A DNA stretch of 64,000 nucleotides from Tubulanus polymorphus (taxonomy: Eukaryota; Animalia; Nemertea), in the NCBI RefSeq assembly GCF_964204645.1, contig NC_134031.1, positions 16,541,807 through 16,605,806 of the forward strand. The letters run 5' to 3'. The position numbers and the translations under genes are program-made. Every line of letters starts with the position of its first letter. Positions within the stretch are counted from its first letter, which is position 1. Under the pieces are notes generated by a model. That model searched no databases. It had not been told where the DNA came from and saw only the letters and a list, made by a program, of their open reading frames with translations. This document shows, piece by piece, positions 46,721 to 64,000 of this stretch.

Positions 46721-47366
46721 GGCGCAAGAGAAACGACGGGATTTTATAGAGCATTGAGATTGTAGTCAAATAGCTCATTTACTCGAAAATCACTCGACTT
46801 AATCTATTTTTCTTAAAAAGAAAAGCCCATTCTGGCCAGTTCAGCCTTTGCAAATATGGAATTTAGTATCGAAATGCAGATATTTTGCAGATCTCGATTC
46901 CGAATTTCCGTACGGGTTTGACTGCGAACAGTTCGAATCCCATCTATTCAACACCTACATTTCACTCCCTCATAAAACAATAGATCATGTCAACCAATTA
47001 GTTTAGATCAATCAATACATGAAAAATGTCAATACAAACTATATTTAAGGGAAACACCAAAACGCTTTTAATGTAAATATAATTTAATTGAATTGATACC
47101 AGCAGTGGTAATCGAGGTTTTTTGACAATTAAATTCAATTCAACTTTTTATTGCTCCAGTCCACATATTGACAGATCGAATTGATCCTGGTCGTTTACGA
47201 TTTGTGAGCTGGACTCAGTTCGATAGTTTGTGAGTGTTGCCATTTAAACAAATTCAATGCTGTTTGCTGGATGAAATTATTAAAACAGTCGACTCGGTCC
47301 TGCTGGTGCCAGTGGTTAAATTAATTTTGTAGATCATCTCTGATCACAGATCAGGCAATTAGAAGG

Positions 47367-49476
47367 ATGGAGGACGAAATCGTGAATAAAATTGATCTGC
47401 TGACTTTTTCTACTATACCGTTTGCATTATTAATTAACTCATTTGAGAGGAAAATCCGATGTACGAATCTCATTTATTGGTCGTTCATATTTGTGAGCGT
47501 TTTTGCGACGACGTCAGTTTTAGGCGCTTCGACTGGTAACACGATCGTGTGCGAAAAAAAAGGAAATTGTATTTGCCAAATGGCGGACGGTAGCGGTACG
47601 ATTGATTTAACGAGTTTAGCGGAGCTCGCGCCGGGACAAGATGCCGTGTTCAGTAACGTTACCGGTACCGATTTGAATCTCTACTCGTTTAAACCGTGCG
47701 TCGGATTTACCGAACGTTATTCGAAACACGTCTGCGAAAACGTCGCCGTCTGCGAATACGATCGCAAAAATTCTAAGTATTTGAATCTCGGAAGCCCGGA
47801 CTCCGTCGTGTTTAAAGCAATAGCGACAAACAACAGTACGGTAACCATGGTTTATACTGTCGGTAGGTTGATCGTGGTTTTGGAAGTGGATATTTTTCCG
47901 ATGTGGTATTATTTTGGAAACCCCTATTTTGCCGACATCTATATGACAAGATAGGTTAAGGGTCTGTTTTAGAGCTACGGATAAAAACATTCTAGGGGAT
48001 TCAAAGAGCTCCAGTTTTGCAAAACAGTGTTAACAGGAATAATGCTGCGTCAACTAAATATCCACGGCCTAGGCCTAATGGTTTTGTTGATTTTCTTATT
48101 TCTAATGGTCCACTGACTTAATTCCACCAAGGGCCCAGGTCCACAGTGATTTTAGGTTTCTCTCAGATCAGGGAAAGTCGCATCCTCCCTCGCAATTTCA
48201 GAATCCAGGCATATTTTCTGAATACGACATACATTTATTATAGGTTCTGGCAGTTCGCAGATTACTACGAATATTAAACTACAATGTTCCGATACAAATA
48301 AACTGTCGGTAATTGGTGCTGCGAATAAAAACCTCAGAGAGATGGTTTTATCATCGAAATGTGCTTGTTTAGATGGCTGTTTGAATCGACTCAGCGTAGG
48401 CAGCGTTTTACTCATCACCCTCACGTTCCTCACCGCGACCTATCTTCTTGTTGGTAAGTGCGAAAATTAGGATCGGCTTTCATTTCAACGAATTCAGCCA
48501 TTTATTTCGAGATTTAGTCCAGGGTCTAGGGCCAAATTGAATAAATGGTGGGCATACCCTGATTTTCTTCTAACCAGATCTAAGAGATCGAGGGTCAGTT
48601 ACTCAAAGTTGGTAAGAGTGAACTCTCAAGAGTAGTGGATAATTGCCATAGCCGATGACGATTGAAATCGCATTCTCACCTATCGTTATTCACCGATTAA
48701 CTGTAACCAACTTTTGAGCAACTGACCCCAAAAGTTTATCAAGAGACTTGATTTGCTAACCGTTTTCTGTGGGAGGCTAAAAATCTAGATGAAAGTTAAT
48801 TTAAAATGAACTAAATTTTGATCGAGTTGTCTTATTGATACACATGCCATCTGGTGGGATAACTGGCAAAGAAAGGGTCTTAACAGGGGCGGATCCAGGT
48901 TGCCTTCCATGCCTTCCGGAAGGCAGTCAACATTTTTAAATGCCCTTCAACTATCAAAGTATATGATTTTTTTTAAACTCTGGGAAAAAAATGATTGCTT
49001 CTGGCATGCTTTCAAAAACAAAGTGGTGGTTTTCGGTGGAATTCGGGCGTCGCCGCTGCGTGGCTCGCTGATACAAGTGCAGACAGTTTTCTTTATGATT
49101 ACAATAATATGCCCTATTAAATCTAAGAAGGCAATCAAGTTTGCCCTCTGGGTCCGCCCCTGCTTAATCAAAGTAAAATTATTCTCTTGAACGTACTCAA
49201 TAAGGTTTGATGAAAAGAATTCATCGAGTTAGCCCAATACCAAGTACTGACATCAGATTTAATGAAATTGTTCGGTGTTTTATCGAATTTTTCGATTGAT
49301 TTTCATTTGTAGGTTGTTTGTATAATAAGACGGTGTATAATTCGAGTGGATGCGAATTGATACCGAACTACACATTTTGGTCGGAACTTCCTTCGCTGAT
49401 TAAAGATGGCTACCTATTCTTCATCAGTCCCTGTTTAGGCGATCGAGTCGAATACCGTTATTACGAGCGATTATGA
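47367..49476 (+). CDS. MRH-domain type I membrane protein, cation-dependent mannose-6-phosphate receptor/ATG27-like; exons 47367-47862, 48244-48453, 49313-49476
   Basis: Signal-like hydrophobic segment, GTIDLTSL, YSFKPC, LSSKCAC, TM LSVGSVLLITLTFLTATYLLVG, cytosolic IPNYTFWSELPSLIKDG and terminal YERL* (YxxPhi). Start codon uncertain. Confidence 0.85.
48592..48728. mobile_element. Degenerate Harbinger-like MITE (GGGCCAGTT family)
   Basis: gggtcagttactcaaagttggt / accaacttttgagcaactgaccc. Confidence 0.7.
48884..49162. mobile_element. CAGGGGCGGA MITE family member
   Basis: caggggcggatccag / ctgggtccgcccctg, flanked by cttaa repeats. Confidence 0.78.
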
Positions 49477-50113
49477 TGAAATTCCCCCAGAGACATACAC
49501 TTCGCACAAATTGGGTTCTATTTCACTATTTAGTTTTACGTTTTTCTTAGGCTTAAAATTATCTACGCAGCTTTCCCTGCAATAACTAGAAAAATCATGA
49601 CAAAAATGAAATTCCTTCGAATTATTTATTGTTCATGTGTTTAAGAGACTGGATATTTTGTTTGTGCAATATTTTTAATACTTTTAAACTATATTGAATT
49701 CATTATGCATAATCAATTGCTCACATTAAGACACACCTTGTGTAGTTATTATTTCAAGCTGCTTATTTTAGTAATTTCTTGTCATCGCTTCTATTGGTGG
49801 ATTATTTATTGTACAAATGACATATGCTATACCTGAAATATTTGCGGAATTCAGCTAGACTTGATTGTCAGATGATAGTTTCTCTCAAGAACTCCACAAG
49901 TATTTTACTGTATATACATGTGACTTATAGATCTTCTTTGCCACTACTTTTACAAATGTTTTATTGTTTTGTATATGTGTATTCTATTTGGTGCTCTGTT
50001 TTACTCGAATACAACTGTAATGAATATAAATAGTTATAACTGAACATAACATTACCGTCTTCATATCTTTGACTTTGGTAGAACCCAACTCGGGTTCGGT
50101 TACCTTGTAAAGG

Positions 50114-50427
50114 CAGGGTCCCTACAGATCTGTCATTCCAGGATTGAAGGGCTTTTTAAGCAGAAAATTTCAAGGAGTGTATGCATCACTTTCATATCCC
50201 AATTACTGTAGACTGCTCCTAAATCATCTCTGGTAAACTGTGGAAGATGTGAATAAGGCCTATGACTGCTAACTAGGTCTAAAACCTAAGAATTTTCTAA
50301 TGGCCAATTTCTCAAAATTCAAGTTTTCAAGGACTATCGAGCATTTTGCTCAAAATCTAGGATATTCGAGGACCTTTAAAAGCATTTTTCATTTAGAAAG
50401 AGTTTTCAAGGAGTCGCAGGGACCCTG
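50114..50427. mobile_element. TIR element (CAGGGTCCCT)
   Basis: cagggtccctacaga / tcgcagggaccctg with internal ttcaagga subrepeats. Confidence 0.6.
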
Positions 50428-52090
50428 GAAGGGCCTCCTTATTGGGCATTCGGTCGGGACAAAAGTCATAGTCGTCCAAATCTGAGAAAAACCTCTTCAA
50501 CAATGTAATAAACAAGACACATATTTATCAAGTTATTCATAAAAAGTTTATTAATTTCAATAACATAATTCTTAACAAGATTTAATGGCATCATACACAG
50601 CTGATAGTTTCTATTCGAGCGAGCGATACCCAAATATGAAAGAAGCATTCGAATAATGACGCATATGAAACGAATAAAAGATCTGAATCCTAGCAGTCTA
50701 TAAGATCCTATTTATAAGTGATCTCGAGGCTAATTTTCACCGTTGGAAAAGATCAGATTCTTTACTGATAATACCAATCATGCGTGAAGGAAGCTGGCCA
50801 AGTCTAACCCAAAATAATCCTATATTCAACGTGTCCATGTACGACTGTTCTACAGTATCAGATGTTAGCGAGTTTTGTAGGTTGTAAAAAGAAGCCAGGA
50901 TTCACAGAGGTAAGATTACATCAGTAAAACATAAGCAAACGAACTAGCTTCAAAGTATACATTCTATTTCATAACTAAGCCCGACGAATAACATACTTTA
51001 CTTTACAACACAGGTTATCTTCTTTTCATGAATGTTTACTTTGAAATGGGAAAAATATGCACACAAAATAAGTATTTGTGTGAAGGAGTGGAATGCAAGG
51101 TGTTCGAAATGTTGCCCAATCATGTAACAAAAAACACGACAACGTATAAATTTTTTCAACTGAAAATTGAATAAATTATAAATTACACCGATTTCACAGA
51201 GGTGCACTCAAGTATTTCACGATAATGAATTAAATACGTTGACAACAGCCAGTTTATTGGTGAGTTTATCTATTTTTTACCGTTTACAACAAGCAGGAAA
51301 AAAAATCTTGGTACGAAAAGCTGCACGAGTAGGAGAATCACTCGTCCATCTGATTCACCATCGTTAACAACTAGAGATTAAATACGCGCACTAAAGTTTT
51401 TTTTGTAGAAAAAATCTAAGTAGTGAGTGTGAGATGCAGTACATTCATACTTAACACTCAGTATCACAGTAAATAGATATATAGAGATACCCAGACGCCG
51501 AGGCTGGTAATAACCGGTTTAAATCGGTACCTTACATACAGGCAGTTCATACTGTTATAACCACACCCTTTTTTACTCAATGAATGAATCACAATAAACT
51601 GATTAAAACATTCGTTTTTTTTTTAAATGAAACCCTTCAACTTTCCGAGGTACATGTACACACGTACTCGTCCTAATTATCAAAAAGCCAGTACAAACGG
51701 AATGAATTCCTTTCAAAGACTTCATCACAAATAAGTTGATCTCGACAAATCACTGTATTTCATATACGCACAATACTTTGGGTGTACGTACATTTTATTT
51801 GACCGGGTTATTGAAGCAGATATGGAAAATTAAATAGACTTTCATATATAAATATATGCATATACTCAGTACAACTGACTGTGCTATTTCATTATTATAT
51901 CGTGTTCAGTTGATAATAATTATTTAAAAAAACCTCGAAAGTAGAATAGACTGTACTGTTAAAACAGAGACCCCCTATAGCCACTACACTAAAGAAATTC
52001 CAAGCATCAACTTTTCAAAATCAAGGATTTCAATCCGAAAGAAAAATTATTTTAAGACTCAAATCTTGAACAAGTGAAGTTGATACTCAG

Positions 52091-52198
52091 GACCCAGTTC
52101 CACAGTTGTGAGTTAGAGTTAACTCTGAGTTAAAATTAGTTCATTTTCAATGAGTTAACTCAAAGTCAAATCTTAACACCGAACTGTGGAACTGGACC
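52091..52198. mobile_element. Harbinger-like MITE (copy 2 of 2), in the SCaMC 3'UTR
   Basis: CAG TSD; near-identical to 21681-21789. Confidence 0.8.
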
Positions 52199-52839
52199 CA
52201 GGTCAGTTACTACATAGTTTGTTAATGTGACAGCGATCATGTTTTCGGTATATTGTAGATACGAGTATATATACTTTATTAGAAGATGAGAACAGATAAT
52301 GGCATTCTCTCTTAGCCTAGACTCGAGTTACTGTGAAAATCAGTTCAATTTTCTTTTCTACTTCGAGAAAATTATGAACAACGTTTAATGAGAGGCCCTA
52401 TATTCGTTTATTACTTGCATCAGCTGCTTCGACCTTGAACCGCTTCATAACTATCAAATCATTCTTCCTTATTCTCCGCAATAAGTGATAGCAGAATTGA
52501 TCGCTCATCCTCGATACCCATCGTCAATACCAACGGTATCATTTTGTCTATTTCGGGGCCGTTCATAAATCTCCCACTTCTCCCGATGGACATACCAGGA
52601 GGGTTGAAAAATCAGCACGCATACATACTTCACGAACAGCCCCTTTACAAATTCATATATTTTCTTATTCGGTTATGAAGTACGAATAAACGAAAACTAA
52701 AATCCTCGTTTTGTCCAAAATAAATATCGATACCACGCGCTATGCGTACTCGCTATATATCACTTCATTTCTAGTTTTGGACCCTGTAGGAGTAAGGAAT
52801 AAGATTCATTTAGTGTCGCAGCGTTCGGACGATGGCGGT

Positions 52840-63172
<10,333 letters not shown>

Positions 63173-63537
63173 CTGAAACGAACAATCAATCAGTACACGT
63201 TGCCGTGGTAACCGCTACATACATCGGACGAACGGACGGCCATCGCGGCAACGACATCAACAGATATCTATTATCATATAGGCCTAACTATAGTAATCAC
63301 TAAAATGATGACAATGATGGAAGTATGATATTTAACAATACTCCAAATGAGATGAGCCAAACGAACCTAGCATTGATAATTACATACAGCCAACCCCAGT
63401 TAATCCGTAAATGCAACTATTAAAACTATCTACATTTTGATAAGATTTTTTTTACATGTTTTGATCCATTTCATCTGATCTCTTCTCAGTGTCTTATCTA
63501 ACTATCTTCCTTAAACTGTCAGTATCACTGATAACTG

Positions 63538-63831
63538 CAGGGACGGATCCAGGGGCATGTTGTGACCATATCGACCAATAAAAAGGGCATAAATTCTCAA
63601 TTTAGGGCGGAAAGGCATATCAGCAAAATTTTGGAAATTTTACTATCATTTTAGAGCTTTCTGAGAATCTCTGAGAGGCATTTAGTCAAGAAACATAGGT
63701 TATATATTTAAGAAAAATATCTATTGTGTATCTCAGGTAGTTACAACGGCAAATTGTGATACGAAGAAAAAAATAATGAGGCACTTTTAGATTCCGACCG
63801 TGTCAGGCGACACGGTCTAAATCCGCCCCTG
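63538..63831. mobile_element. CAGGGGCGGA MITE family member
   Basis: cagggacggatccag / ctaaatccgcccctg; flanks aactg / gactg. Confidence 0.7.
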
Positions 63832-64000
63832 GACTGGGCGCTTATAAGGGAATAATCATAACTCAAAACTGGTGGGACCAATCTAAATGGATTTAGCACT
63901 TGGGCCTATATGGTTTAATCTGGGACGGAATGAGCAAGGTTGACCGTATATAGATAACAGCACTATCCGTGAAATTGTACAGTCTCACGCTAATAATCTA

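Overview
Eukaryotic (invertebrate, probably lophotrochozoan; species not determinable) genomic DNA with spliceosomal GT-AG introns. In order: first exon of neverland/DAF-36 Rieske cholesterol 7-desaturase (-, runs off the left edge); HDHD3 (-) head-to-head with an 8-exon HSD17B8 (+); 6-exon DNTTIP2 (-) head-to-head with an unassigned 180-aa helical protein (+); a 20-kb FTZ-F1 (NR5A) gene with long and short N-terminal isoforms, directly downstream of and in the same orientation as its paralog HR39 (NR5B) (both -); an MRH-domain M6PR/ATG27-like receptor (+); and the 3' part of a SCaMC (SLC25A23/24/25) Ca2+-binding ATP-Mg/Pi carrier (-, runs off the right edge). The most striking unannotated structure is one 7.4-kb SCaMC interval holding two mutually exclusive copies of the last EF-hand exon, an internal TATA/CRE/CCAAT promoter with a 188-codon alternative first exon that would remove the Ca2+ sensor, and a candidate 9-12-nt microexon. 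Also notable: the tandem HR39-FTZ-F1 pair with shared intron positions, a gene set whose human orthologs all lie on MHC-paralogon segments, NR5A-type sites at the three divergent promoters, a degenerate hammerhead ribozyme motif in a Penelope-like palindrome, and many MITE families. All exon structures were assembled by eye; no database searches were run.
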